Source: an uncultured bacterium (GTDB lineage: Bacteria; Zhuqueibacterota; QNDG01; DTFT01). From it: a stretch of DNA of 64,000 nt. Location of the stretch: NCBI GenBank assembly GCA_963736115.1, contig CAVTNR010000002.1:111226-175225 (forward strand). The letters run 5' to 3'. A model generated the notes under the pieces. It worked only from the letters and a program-made list of their open reading frames with translations, searched no databases and had not been told where the DNA came from. A program made the position numbers and the translations under genes. Of the stretch, positions 50,101-59,636 are shown one piece after another; the stretch's first letter is position 1, and each line of letters starts with the position of its first letter.

Positions 50101-50978
50101 GTGTACCCGAATTCCCTCAGGGATCCGGGCGTGCGCCGCCATTTCGGCTTCACCTTCACGAAGAGCTCGAGATACACCGGCCTCCCCAGAAAGGTCTCGA
50201 TTTCTAGCCGCGAGGCCTGGCCGACGTCCTTCAGCGCCTCGCCCGCGCGGCCGATGAGTATGCCCTTCTGGCTTTCCTGCTCCGCGAAAATCACGGCCGC
50301 AATCCTGTCCTTGCGGCCGGGTCGTTCCTCGAAGGCCTCGATCCGCACCTCGCACGCATAGGGGATCTCCTCTCGGTAGCGGAGAAACACCTGCTTCCGG
50401 ATGATCTCCGATACGAAAAAACGCTCCGGCTCGTCGCTCAGGGAATCCTCGGGATAGAGCGGCCCGCCGGCCGGCAGGATTTCAAGAAGGCTTTGAACCA
50501 GCCGGTCGAGACCGTCGCCCTTTGCCGCGGAAACGGGAATCACCTCCCTGAAGATCCCGAGGCCCTTCAGCCTTTCGACGGCCGGGGGAAGCGCGCCGGC
50601 CGTAACCTTGTCGATCTTGTTGAGCGCGGCCAGAACGGGGACCTTGAGGCTTTTCAACGCGGGAACGCAGGATGCGTCCGAACCGGATTCGGAGACGTCG
50701 ATCATATAGACCACGGCTTCCGCGGCCTCCATCGATTCCCGGGCGGTCTTCATCATGGCGGTCTGCAAGGCGTAAGAAGGCTCGATCAGACCCGGCGTGT
50801 CGAGAAAAACGATCTGGTGATCTTCCGCCGTGCGTATGCCCAGCACGCGCTTCCGCGTGGTCTGCGGCTTGGGTGTGACGATGGAGAGTTCCGCGCCGAC
50901 CAGGGCGTTCATCAGCGTGGATTTACCGGCATTCGGTTTTCCGGCGATCGCGACGGTTCCGCTCTTATAGGCTTTCAT
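50097..50978 (-). CDS. era: GTPase Era
   Basis: GKPNAGKSTL, PQTTR, DTPG, NKID and KH-domain KGILIG. Confidence 0.96.
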   Translation of the reverse strand: MKAYKSGTVAIAGKPNAGKSTLMNALVGAELSIVTPKPQTTRKRVLGIRTAEDHQIVFLDTPGLIEPSYALQTAMMKTARESMEAAEAVVYMIDVSESGSDASCVPALKSLKVPVLAALNKIDKVTAGALPPAVERLKGLGIFREVIPVSAAKGDGLDRLVQSLLEILPAGGPLYPEDSLSDEPERFFVSEIIRKQVFLRYREEIPYACEVRIEAFEERPGRKDRIAAVIFAEQESQKGILIGRAGEALKDVGQASRLEIETFLGRPVYLELFVKVKPKWRRTPGSLREFGYT

Positions 50979-50993
50979 GTACCGTGCCTTTTC

Positions 50994-52619
50994 TCAATAC
51001 ACTTTCCGGATCTCGACACCCCGGTAGTACTGCTTCAGGATCCGCTTGAATCCATTCCCCTTCAGGGCCAGAACAGCCGCGCCCGTCTGGCACATCCCGA
51101 TCCCGTGCCCCCAGCCCGCGCCCCGGAAGGTGAAGGCGGTGGGCGCGCCGGAGGAGTCATTCTCCGTCTCGACGATGAAGCAGGAACTCCAGAGCGCGGT
51201 CGGAGAAAGCGCCCGGCGAACGGACAGTTCTCCCTCGACCGCGGCCTCACCCTCCGAGCCGGTGATCTTCAGCTTGACGATGCGTCCTGATTCCCCGCGC
51301 CGCACCGGAATGAGTTCACGAACGGTCCCGATGCTCCGCCCCAGCGTCTTCTCGACCTGGGACCGAAGGACTTCCTGAGAGATCCTGTTTTCCCAGCGGA
51401 AATACTTGGCCGTGTATTCCAGGGACCGCGGCAGGTGCCCCCGGGTCGTGTTGCAGTTGGCGGGCGGATCGGCAAGGATCCAGCGCCGGACATTGGATTC
51501 GTCGTCCAGCGGCTCATACGCGGCCAGGGACTTCGATCCGTCCCGGATGCCCTGCAGGTGCGCCTTCGGTCCGGTCTGCCAGACCTTCTCCACGTCGTCC
51601 GTATGGCCGCCGCACGAGGCGCCGTACACCGCGTCGAGAATGCGTCCTTCACTCCACAGCACGAGCCCGGCTGTCCTGCGCGCCGCACGGGAAGCGGCGG
51701 GCGCGAGGCGGCTCATGCCGCTGTAGACCTGGCAGTGCACGTCCGCGCACACGTCATACGGATCCGCCGGATGAAGCAGACCGAGGTTGGCGAGCACCTT
51801 GCTCCTCGCCGCGACGGCCTGCGCCTTGAGCGCCTCTTCCGGGAATCCGGGGCTCATCTCCGAGGGCACCACGCCCTCGAGGTAGGTTTCGACGGGAACG
51901 CGGTTGACCGCGGCCAGCTTTCCTTCCGTGTCCAGGACAACGCAGAAAGTCTGCGGATAAACGCGTTCCTCGTTCCTTTCCCAATGGTATCCGGATCCGA
52001 CCGGAACAACCGGCAGCCGGACCGGCGACCCGGAGACGAAGAACGAATCTTCCGTTTCGAACACCCAATTGCACGTTTCATTCTGCAGGGAGATACAGCC
52101 GGACGGGGGTTCCTGAACTTCCCGGACGACGAAAGTTTCAAACCGGTGCCGAACGGAATCGCGGAAGGCCTTGGCTTCGGACTCGGAAAGGAAAACTTTT
52201 TTCAGATAGATCCGGTACAGCGGGCCGGCGCCCGACCACCCGGCCTGCGGAAGCGACTCCCCGCCGGGGATTCGGATCTCCGTTTCATGGCCCGCCGTCT
52301 CCACGTCCCTGGCCTTCCGGCGGGCGCGGTCGCGTGTGCTCATGGACCCTGCGATCAGACGGAAAACGACGCGGCCCGGTCTGGAGGTCCGGACGGCCGC
52401 CACCCAGCGTTCGCCCGAATCTCCCTTCGTGATGAAACGGCCGTCTCCGGCCCGGAGCTCATAGGCCAGCGTCGGAATGAAAACGATGGCGTTCTGTCCC
52501 TTCACCAGACCCACGCGGATTTCCGGCCCCGCGGGCCGGCTGTCCGGCGGAGGCGGGATGACGGCGCATCGGCTGAGCCACAAAACAGAGACGAGAATCA
52601 GGAGTGAAATACGCTTCAT
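50994..52619 (-). CDS. SpoIID/LytB domain lytic transglycosylase
   Basis: YLEGVV.SEM, EALKAQAVAARS, HCQVY and G.GWGHG.GMCQ.GA. Confidence 0.9.
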   Translation of the reverse strand: MKRISLLILVSVLWLSRCAVIPPPPDSRPAGPEIRVGLVKGQNAIVFIPTLAYELRAGDGRFITKGDSGERWVAAVRTSRPGRVVFRLIAGSMSTRDRARRKARDVETAGHETEIRIPGGESLPQAGWSGAGPLYRIYLKKVFLSESEAKAFRDSVRHRFETFVVREVQEPPSGCISLQNETCNWVFETEDSFFVSGSPVRLPVVPVGSGYHWERNEERVYPQTFCVVLDTEGKLAAVNRVPVETYLEGVVPSEMSPGFPEEALKAQAVAARSKVLANLGLLHPADPYDVCADVHCQVYSGMSRLAPAASRAARRTAGLVLWSEGRILDAVYGASCGGHTDDVEKVWQTGPKAHLQGIRDGSKSLAAYEPLDDESNVRRWILADPPANCNTTRGHLPRSLEYTAKYFRWENRISQEVLRSQVEKTLGRSIGTVRELIPVRRGESGRIVKLKITGSEGEAAVEGELSVRRALSPTALWSSCFIVETENDSSGAPTAFTFRGAGWGHGIGMCQTGAAVLALKGNGFKRILKQYYRGVEIRKVY

Positions 52620-52764
52620 GAGGGATTCCTTGTATTCAGGTTGACGGGCCGCACGATCATTCAATTTAACCGGAGCCGCCCCGAAATGCAAGGGAAATGA
52701 CCGTCCCAGGCACAATCCGCTTTGAATTTCGGTTCCGGTTCCCTATTTTACCATAAGCTGACCA

Positions 52765-52922
52765 TTGAAGCTCCCCGCGGCAAGCCGCGGGGAATCTTCT
52801 ATCTGTAGTGAAAAAAATTCATTATATTCGCTCGCTTACCCCGCCGCCCGCTGCGCGGGACCAAGTCATTATATGCCTTCTGGTTGAAGGCAAGCGGCGG
52901 GGAATGTGCGAGCGATCAGATT
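52765..52922. repeat. Palindromic element, copy 4 (longest; MITE/REP-like)
   Basis: ttgaagctccccgcggcaagccgcggggaat ... tcgctcgcttaccccgccgc ... tgccttctggttgaaggcaagcggcgggg ... gagcgatcagatt. Both ends are shared with 5712-5776. Confidence 0.82.
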
Positions 52923-52939
52923 CTAAGGAGTGCATCCGC

Positions 52940-53869
52940 ATGAGCCGTGTATTCGTCATTGTGAATCCGATATCGGGGAGGGGTCACGGGGAAAAATCCG
53001 TACCGGCCATAGAGGGCCATTTCCGGCGTCTCGGAGTCGACGCCGCCCTCATCCGCACCGAGAGGCCCGGCCACGCCTACGAATTGGCGGCCGCGGCGGT
53101 ACGGGACGGATCGCAGACCGTCGTATCCGCGGGCGGCGACGGGACGGCCAACGAGGTTTTAAACGGCCTCATCGTCGCCAACCGCGAGCACGGCCGCAAC
53201 GCGGCGATGGCCGTTCTGTGCGTCGGCCGCGGCAATGATTTCGCATTCGGCACGGGAATCTCCAGGAGCCTGGAGCAGGGATGCCGGGCCATCGCGGAAG
53301 ACCGGCGACGGCGCATCGACGCGGGACGCGTGACGGGCGGGCTGTATCCGCAGGGCCGTTATTTCGGGAATGGCGTGGGCATCGGATTCGACGCCGTGGT
53401 GGGATTCGAAGCCCTGAAGCTGAAGGCGCTCTCGGGTTTTCTCTGCTATGCCGTGGCCGCGGTGAAAACAATTTCCCTCTACAACCGCCCGCACCGCGTG
53501 CAGATCACGTGCGACGGCGAGACCTGGGTCCAGGACATGCTCATGGTTTCGCTGATGAACGGCCGCCGCATGGGCGGCGGTTTTATCATGGCGCCGGAAG
53601 GCGATCCTGGAGACGGATGCCTGAACTACTGCATCGCCGCCGGCATCCGCCGCAGGCGCCTCCTCCCCCTCATGATGAAATTCACGAAGGGGACGCAGGC
53701 TGGACATCCGGCCATTAAAATGGGAACGTTCCGGAAAATCGCCGTCACGGCGCTGGAAGGCGCGCTTCCGGCCCACGCCGACGGGGAAACCCTGTGCGTC
53801 GAGGGCACCGCGCTCGAAGTCGAGATTCTGCCGTCGGCCATCGACATCATCGTTCACGGTCCGGCCTGA
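52940..53869 (+). CDS. Diacylglycerol kinase family (YegS/DagK-like) lipid kinase
   Basis: IVNP.SG, GGDGT.NEV.NG, G.GNDFA, GFDA and HADGE. Confidence 0.9.
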   Translation: MSRVFVIVNPISGRGHGEKSVPAIEGHFRRLGVDAALIRTERPGHAYELAAAAVRDGSQTVVSAGGDGTANEVLNGLIVANREHGRNAAMAVLCVGRGNDFAFGTGISRSLEQGCRAIAEDRRRRIDAGRVTGGLYPQGRYFGNGVGIGFDAVVGFEALKLKALSGFLCYAVAAVKTISLYNRPHRVQITCDGETWVQDMLMVSLMNGRRMGGGFIMAPEGDPGDGCLNYCIAAGIRRRRLLPLMMKFTKGTQAGHPAIKMGTFRKIAVTALEGALPAHADGETLCVEGTALEVEILPSAIDIIVHGPA

Positions 53870-53878
53870 ACGGACGGG

Positions 53879-53903
53879 GGCGGGCGGCTTTCAGCCGCCC
53901 GCC
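53879..53903. terminator. Hairpin between convergent genes
   Basis: ggcgggcggct-ttc-agccgcccgcc. Confidence 0.5.
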
Positions 53904-54241
53904 TGTTTCACCCGGTATCCTTTGGCCTCCAGAAAAGGCACGACCGCATTGCGGTGATCCCCCTGAATCACGACCACGCCCTCCTTCACCGATCCACCCG
54001 CGCTGCATTTTCTCTTCAGTTCCGAAGCAAGCGCCTCCAGCGGCGCTCCGCTGAGCGGCAGACCGTAGACCGCGGTGACCGTCTTCCCCGCGCGCCCCTT
54101 AACTTCGCGCCGCACCCGCACCACGCCGTCCGCAGCAAGCGCGGAGGACGCGCCGCGGCATGCGCACCGGTCTTTCGGTCGCCCGCATTCGGGGCACATC
54201 CTCCCGTGGTCCGTCGAGTATACGAGGGAATTTTTCGCCAT
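53891..54241 (-). CDS. yciH: Translation initiation factor SUI1/YciH
   Basis: LVYSTD, CxxC..CxC, KGR.GK.VT, LK.KC..GGSVK and IQGDH. Confidence 0.92.
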   Translation of the reverse strand: MAKNSLVYSTDHGRMCPECGRPKDRCACRGASSALAADGVVRVRREVKGRAGKTVTAVYGLPLSGAPLEALASELKRKCSAGGSVKEGVVVIQGDHRNAVVPFLEAKGYRVKQAGG

Positions 54242-54410
54242 CACACAGACTCCCGGTTGAAAATAGATCGGACTGACGGAATAATAAGAAAAGTCCGGCG
54301 CGGACGCAAGCAAAACGTTTCGGCCTCGCCGGACACGGATATGTTCACGGACGGCTTTTTTGATCGGCGGCGCCGAGGAAGGTCGAAACACGCCGCAATA
54401 AAAATTTTTC

Positions 54411-54598
54411 TTGATATAAATAAAATTGCATGTTATATTAATAGCAGGAAAAAGGAACGTCGCCGGATTTTCATCGCGGAAAATTTCCGGCAGCGGACAG
54501 AAAGCAAGAGACGGCTTCAGGATGTCCCGCGAAAACGGAAATAAAAGAAATCACTTGACGATGAATTTAAAAAATGTTATATTTAAGTGTGCACTTAA
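54411..54598 (+). promoter_or_regulatory. Tandem extended sigma70 promoters plus a palindromic operator for arsR
   Basis: TTGATA-N17-TATATT (54411-54439) and TTGACG-N17-TATATT (54555-54583), both with TGn. Palindrome ttaagtg-tg-cacttaa at 54583-54598. Confidence 0.7.
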
Positions 54599-54646
54599 TT
54601 ATCCCGACAGGCGGACGGACCTTGATTTGGATTCACGTTTAAAATT

Positions 54647-55051
54647 ATGCGACACGAACCCTCCGGCCTGTTGAAGGCTTTGTCGGTTGAAACGCGAGTC
54701 AAAATCATAGAACTCTTAAAGTCAAAAGGACCCCTCGGGGTCAATCATCTCGCCCAACGCATCGGCGTCACGCCCGCCGCCATATCCCAGCATCTCAAAA
54801 TTTTGAAAATGGCAGGACTTGTCCGGAACGAACGGAAGGGCACGGCTGTCCCCTATTCTCTGGACGAGCCCGCGCTTCAGAATTTCCGTGCACTGCTCGA
54901 CCGGCTGTGTTCCTTCGACGCGCGCAAACGTCTCCCGGGAAAACCACGGCGGCTCGCGTCGCTCCGGCAGTACGAGCGGAAGCTTCAGAGCGAGATCAAG
55001 ACGGTGCGCAGGCAGATCCGCAGCATTCGGACGCGAAAGGAAAAAGCCTGA
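54647..55051 (+). CDS. ArsR/SmtB family transcriptional regulator with C-terminal coiled coil
   Basis: KAL..ETR.KI..LL and 'AISQHLK.LK.AGLV..ER.G..V.YSL'. Confidence 0.9.
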   Translation: MRHEPSGLLKALSVETRVKIIELLKSKGPLGVNHLAQRIGVTPAAISQHLKILKMAGLVRNERKGTAVPYSLDEPALQNFRALLDRLCSFDARKRLPGKPRRLASLRQYERKLQSEIKTVRRQIRSIRTRKEKA

Positions 55052-55164
55052 CACAAATGAAAATATTGCGGCATTTAACGCAATAGACCTGACGCTCCGG
55101 CCCGGGATGAAACACCCCGGATCCGGAGTCGGGAACCATCAACCCAATAAAGGAGGTGACAAGA

Positions 55165-55233
55165 ATGGCCACCAAAAAGGCAAAGAAACCCGCGAAGAAA
55201 GTCGCGAAGAAAGTCGTGAAGAAAAAGAAGTAA
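55165..55233 (+). CDS. 22-aa lysine-rich micro-protein MATKKAKKPAKKVAKKVVKKKK
   Basis: Strong SD aaggaggtg 6 nt upstream of the ATG, with a terminator directly downstream. Confidence 0.75.
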   Translation: MATKKAKKPAKKVAKKVVKKKK

Positions 55234-55251
55234 ATCAGAGCTGACGGATCG

Positions 55252-55289
55252 AAAAACAAGGAGCGGGGCAACCCGCTCCTTGTTTTTTT
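55252..55289 (+). terminator. Intrinsic terminator
   Basis: aaaaacaaggagcggg-gcaa-cccgctccttg followed by a T run. Confidence 0.9.
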
Positions 55290-55412
55290 ATGCCCGCCGG
55301 GGAAATTCGTTCACGCGCTTGAGCGTACCAACGCGCGAACGTTAAAAGGTGAACGCGCCGATACTCCCGGCTCACTCCCGCACCCGGAGGTTTAGAGAAT
55401 CGGAAAACCTCC

Positions 55413-55441
55413 TTGACAAACCTTTCCTGAATTTGTATACT
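55413..55441 (+). promoter_or_regulatory. Near-consensus sigma70 promoter of the galT operon
   Basis: TTGACA-N17-TATACT. Confidence 0.85.
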
Positions 55442-55468
55442 GATTCGACTTCGGAAAGGACGCGCCCA

Positions 55469-56542
55469 TTGACCATCGAAGCCTCTTCCCGCGCCGGACA
55501 CCCCCATCGCCGGATGAATCCTCTGACGGGCGAGTGGGTGCTGGTTTCTCCTCAACGGACACTCCGGCCCTGGCAGGGCAGGCGCGAAAGTCCGGCTGCC
55601 GGGGTACGGCCCGCGTACGACCCATCCTGCAACCTGTGCCCGGCTAACCGCCGCGCAAGCGGAGCAGTCAATCCCGATTACCCGGAATCTTTCGTATTCA
55701 CCAATGACTTTCCCGCCCTTCTCCCGGACACGGAATCATGCGCTCAGGACCGCCATCCCCTGTTCCGCTCAGAATCCGTTCCGGGCGCATGCCGCGTCAT
55801 CTGCTATTCCCCCCGGCACGACCTGACCCTGGCGGAGATGGAAGTGCCGGAACTCCGACGGGTCGTTTCCCTGTGGTCGGAGCAGATCGAGGAACTCGGC
55901 CGTGATTACCGCTGGGTCCAGATTTTCGAGAACAAGGGCATCATCCTGGGATGTTCCAATCCGCATCCGCACGGACAGATATGGGCCGGCGCTTTTCTGC
56001 CGAACGAACCGTTCAAGGAGGACCTCCGCCAGAGAGAATACTGGTCCCGGCAGGGCGCTCCTCTTCTTTCAGACACAGCCGCATTCGAATCCGCGGAACG
56101 CGCCCGCATCGTCGCCGAAAACGGGCACTGGCTCGCCTGGGTGCCGTTCTGGGCCATTTGGCCGTTTGAAATACTTCTCGCGCCGAGGGCGCACCGGCCG
56201 CGCATGACGGACCTTTCGGACTCGGAAAAGGACGGTTTGGCCTCCATCCTGAAAATCCTGCTGGTCCGGTACGACAACCTGTTCGAAACCGAATTCCCCT
56301 ACACCATGGGCTGGCACGGCGCGCCGACCGACGGAGAAGCGCATCCGCACTGGCAGGTGCACGCGCATTTCTATCCGCCGCTCCTGCGGTCCGCGACGGT
56401 ACGAAAATTCATGGTCGGCTATGAAATGCTCGCCGAAGCCCAGCGCGACATCACGCCGGAACAGGCCGCGGAGCGCCTGGCCGGACTGCCGGATGTTCAC
56501 TGGAGGCAGAAAACCGGGAAAAAACAAGACGGGAATCAGTGA
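55469..56542 (+). CDS. galT: Galactose-1-phosphate uridylyltransferase
   Basis: [37 protein letters not shown] and [11 protein letters not shown]. Probable TTG start at 55469. Confidence 0.96.
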   Translation: MTIEASSRAGHPHRRMNPLTGEWVLVSPQRTLRPWQGRRESPAAGVRPAYDPSCNLCPANRRASGAVNPDYPESFVFTNDFPALLPDTESCAQDRHPLFRSESVPGACRVICYSPRHDLTLAEMEVPELRRVVSLWSEQIEELGRDYRWVQIFENKGIILGCSNPHPHGQIWAGAFLPNEPFKEDLRQREYWSRQGAPLLSDTAAFESAERARIVAENGHWLAWVPFWAIWPFEILLAPRAHRPRMTDLSDSEKDGLASILKILLVRYDNLFETEFPYTMGWHGAPTDGEAHPHWQVHAHFYPPLLRSATVRKFMVGYEMLAEAQRDITPEQAAERLAGLPDVHWRQKTGKKQDGNQ

Positions 56543-58317
56543 AAACCGCAGACATCGACATCCTTTGCGGGAACGACCGCTTTCCGGTACGCGGGGCTTC
56601 CATGGGGCGTCCGGACGACCGGGACAGGCTGGCCGAGTTGTCCCTCGCGCTCATGGAATCACTGAATCCCGGATTCGATGGCAACGCGGAAGCCGCGGCC
56701 GAATGGAGCCGGTATATCCGCCTGATCGCCGATGGTCACGGCGGCACGCTTGAAAATCCGTATGCGGACCTGCCCGGGTACCGCATCGAGCCCGTCACCC
56801 CGGGAACCGGACTTGACCCGGGCACGCCCCTCATCGCCCGTCTCGATTCCGCGGCAGCGGACCGGACGGAACCTGCCGCCGGAACCCAGGGTGATCTGTC
56901 CCGCACACTTCTCGTCCTGGCTGTGGGCGGCGCGGATACGACGTTCTATGACGGAATGGACGAAGCGGCCACGGAATCTTTTCTCCGCGTTTTTCTGTCG
57001 GAGGAATGCGCCGGCTGTTTCGACACAGCCTTGCTCCGCCGGGGCATCCCCCGCGCCTTCATCTCCAAGCCTGACGGGGCCGGCGGCCGGATCACGCACA
57101 TTGAAAGCCTTCTCGTTCAGGCCCATGAATCGGGCATCCGTCATGCGGTCATCCTCACCAATGCGTCCCTGGCGGATGCGGTCGGCCGTTTCCTGGACCG
57201 ACGGCTCAGCCGGCTGTCCGGCCTGAACCGGATCGTGGCGGTCCAACCTCTCCTCGCCTCGCCGGTTTTCGAACCCGGATCGGGCCGATGGGTCGTTTCG
57301 CCGGACGGGGCCGGATTCCCCGGCGGACACGGACACGGATTCAAGCACGCCCTGCTGCATCCCGCGGTCGCCGGATGGATACGCGATCGCGGCCTGAAGA
57401 CGTTTCTCTTCTCTAACGGAGACAACGCGGCCCTCTTCCGAGGCGGAGCCGAACCCTTCTTCCGCGGACTCTGTGCGCTGGAAGCGCTCCGGAGCCGGCC
57501 GGGTCATGAAGATTGCGGCATCGCCCTGTTCCTGGTGTGGGAGCCCGCACAGAAAGGCGGTTTCGCCTTCTTCCTCGATCCCCTGAGCGGCGGGGAGCGT
57601 CGGGTTCGCATCGTCGAAATGGAACTGGCCGCTGCCGCGGGAATGAACCCGGATGCGCTCCGCGGCGGCCGATTCGCGTACAATACGAACGTGGCCGTCG
57701 GCTTTCTGGATCCGGTGATCCGCCGCCTGGACCGCCTGCCGATGGCTCTGAAACGGAAGCGAATCGACGGCCGCGACCGGCTTCTCCTTGAAGCCTCGTT
57801 CGCAACAGCCCTGACCTCATCCCAGGACGAAGGCGGCGTCACCCGTTCGGATCCGCGATCCGCGCTCTTCCTGCTCCCGCCGGACCTCGCGACCCATCCG
57901 CACTGGATACACCTGAGCATCCGGAAGCGGGAGGATTGGCTCTCATATGCTTCCACGGTATTCCGGACCCGCCGGGCGGGAACGGCCTCCGGCCGTTTTA
58001 TCGTGGTCGAATCGGACCGTCACGCGGACCGGCCCCTGCCCCGCCTGGAAGGGGACATCATACGGACGGACCTTCTGACATCCGCGGCGTTTTTCGAGGT
58101 TTTCCGGGACGCGGAGATCGACATGGCCGATTTTGACGGAACCCTCCGGGTGGATTTTCCGGAAGGTCCTGCATCCGGAAGGGGATCTTTGAAATTTGAG
58201 GGAAAAGTGCGGTTCGAGGGAAGCGGTGTGATCGCATTCACCGTCCCGCCGGGGGAACACTGGGTGGTGCGGGACATGACTTTCGTTTCGCCGGCAATCA
58301 TGAAGACCCGGCCGTGA
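56539..58317 (+). CDS. Divergent UDPGP-family (eukaryote-type UTP--sugar-1-phosphate uridylyltransferase-like) protein
   Basis: PGGHG, FSNGDN, KGG, YNTN and LLEA motifs. GTGA coupling to galT. Confidence 0.62.
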   Translation: MKTADIDILCGNDRFPVRGASMGRPDDRDRLAELSLALMESLNPGFDGNAEAAAEWSRYIRLIADGHGGTLENPYADLPGYRIEPVTPGTGLDPGTPLIARLDSAAADRTEPAAGTQGDLSRTLLVLAVGGADTTFYDGMDEAATESFLRVFLSEECAGCFDTALLRRGIPRAFISKPDGAGGRITHIESLLVQAHESGIRHAVILTNASLADAVGRFLDRRLSRLSGLNRIVAVQPLLASPVFEPGSGRWVVSPDGAGFPGGHGHGFKHALLHPAVAGWIRDRGLKTFLFSNGDNAALFRGGAEPFFRGLCALEALRSRPGHEDCGIALFLVWEPAQKGGFAFFLDPLSGGERRVRIVEMELAAAAGMNPDALRGGRFAYNTNVAVGFLDPVIRRLDRLPMALKRKRIDGRDRLLLEASFATALTSSQDEGGVTRSDPRSALFLLPPDLATHPHWIHLSIRKREDWLSYASTVFRTRRAGTASGRFIVVESDRHADRPLPRLEGDIIRTDLLTSAAFFEVFRDAEIDMADFDGTLRVDFPEGPASGRGSLKFEGKVRFEGSGVIAFTVPPGEHWVVRDMTFVSPAIMKTRP

Positions 58318-58350
58318 AATGCTCTTGTTCCGTGGTGTATTATAGCAGGA

Positions 58351-59595
58351 TCATTCGTATCTGAGAGACTCGATCGGATCCAGGTTTGCCGCTTTACGCG
58401 CCGGAAACAGCCCGGCAACAACGCCCGTGACGCCCAGCACGATCACCGCGGTCCAGATGACTCCGGGTGACATCAGCGGCCTTCCCAGGAACTGCATCGC
58501 GCCCTGTTCGGCCGGGACCATCCAGACAGCCTTGACGATGCCCGCAGCCGTCAGGAATCCTGCCAGCCCTCCGACGACGGCCATGCCCACGGCCTCGAAA
58601 GTGAACTGAAAGAGGATGTGCCTGCGTTTCGCGCCGCACGCCCGCTTGATGCCGATTTCCCGCGTCCGCTCCTTCACCACGACATACATGATGTTGGCGA
58701 CGCCCACGCCCGCAATGATCAGGGTCATGGCCCCGATCACGCCCATGAAAACATTCAGGCCCAGGAACACCTTGTCCTGGACGGAGACGGCCTCGGCCAT
58801 GTCCCAGGCCCAGATGGCGTTTTCGTCGGCGGGGTCGAAGCGATACTTGCGGCCCAGAACGCGCCGGATCTCCTGGAGCACCTGCTTCGATTCCGTGGAC
58901 CGCGCCGGTTTCACCAGCATGCTGTTGATGTACCGGTATCCGTAAATGCTCTGAAACGTCGAGAAGGGGATGATCGCGCGCCGGTCGTCGGGCCCGTTGT
59001 TCATGGCTGTCTGGAGTTTTTTAGGAAGGACACCCACAACCATGAACGGCACTCCGTCTATTTGAAGGCCTTTCCCGATCGGGGAAGCCGCGCCGTAAAG
59101 CTCCTTTGACACTTCAGAGCCCAGAAATACGACGCGACGCTTCTCCTGCTGGTCTTTCTCGTTGAGAAACCGGCCGCCTGCGGCGGGGTACATCCTCCGA
59201 AGAGTTTCAAAGCTCGGGTAAACGCCTTCCATGAAAGTGGAGGCGCTTTTTTCCGCATTCCTGAGCCGCACCCAATTGCCCTGCTGCGGACTTATTTCGG
59301 CGATCATCGGAATGCTCTCCTCGAGAACGCGGGCGTCGTCCTCCACGAGGCTGATCCGCCGGCCGAGCGGCAGGCCCTCGAACTTCTTTCCCGTCTGACC
59401 GCCGCCCATCATGATGCCCATGTTTGCGGCATTCAGCAGGCCTTCGCGCATACGGAAAGCCAGTCCCCGGCCGAAAGCCATGAGCAGAATCATGGTAAGG
59501 CATCCCCAGGCAATGGCCACGGTGGTGAGAATGGCCCGTGTTTTCTGCTGGCGGATATCCTCGAAAAATTCCCGGATCATCAGAATGGAAAACAT
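58351..59595 (-). CDS. MacB/FtsX-like ABC permease
   Basis: GRFLN, GVGVANIMYVVVKERTREIGI and PARKAA.LDPIESLRYE. Confidence 0.93.
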   Translation of the reverse strand: MFSILMIREFFEDIRQQKTRAILTTVAIAWGCLTMILLMAFGRGLAFRMREGLLNAANMGIMMGGGQTGKKFEGLPLGRRISLVEDDARVLEESIPMIAEISPQQGNWVRLRNAEKSASTFMEGVYPSFETLRRMYPAAGGRFLNEKDQQEKRRVVFLGSEVSKELYGAASPIGKGLQIDGVPFMVVGVLPKKLQTAMNNGPDDRRAIIPFSTFQSIYGYRYINSMLVKPARSTESKQVLQEIRRVLGRKYRFDPADENAIWAWDMAEAVSVQDKVFLGLNVFMGVIGAMTLIIAGVGVANIMYVVVKERTREIGIKRACGAKRRHILFQFTFEAVGMAVVGGLAGFLTAAGIVKAVWMVPAEQGAMQFLGRPLMSPGVIWTAVIVLGVTGVVAGLFPARKAANLDPIESLRYE

Positions 59596-59636
59596 GTTCG
59601 GCGCCTGTAATGGTTGGGTGAACGGCGGAGCGACGT

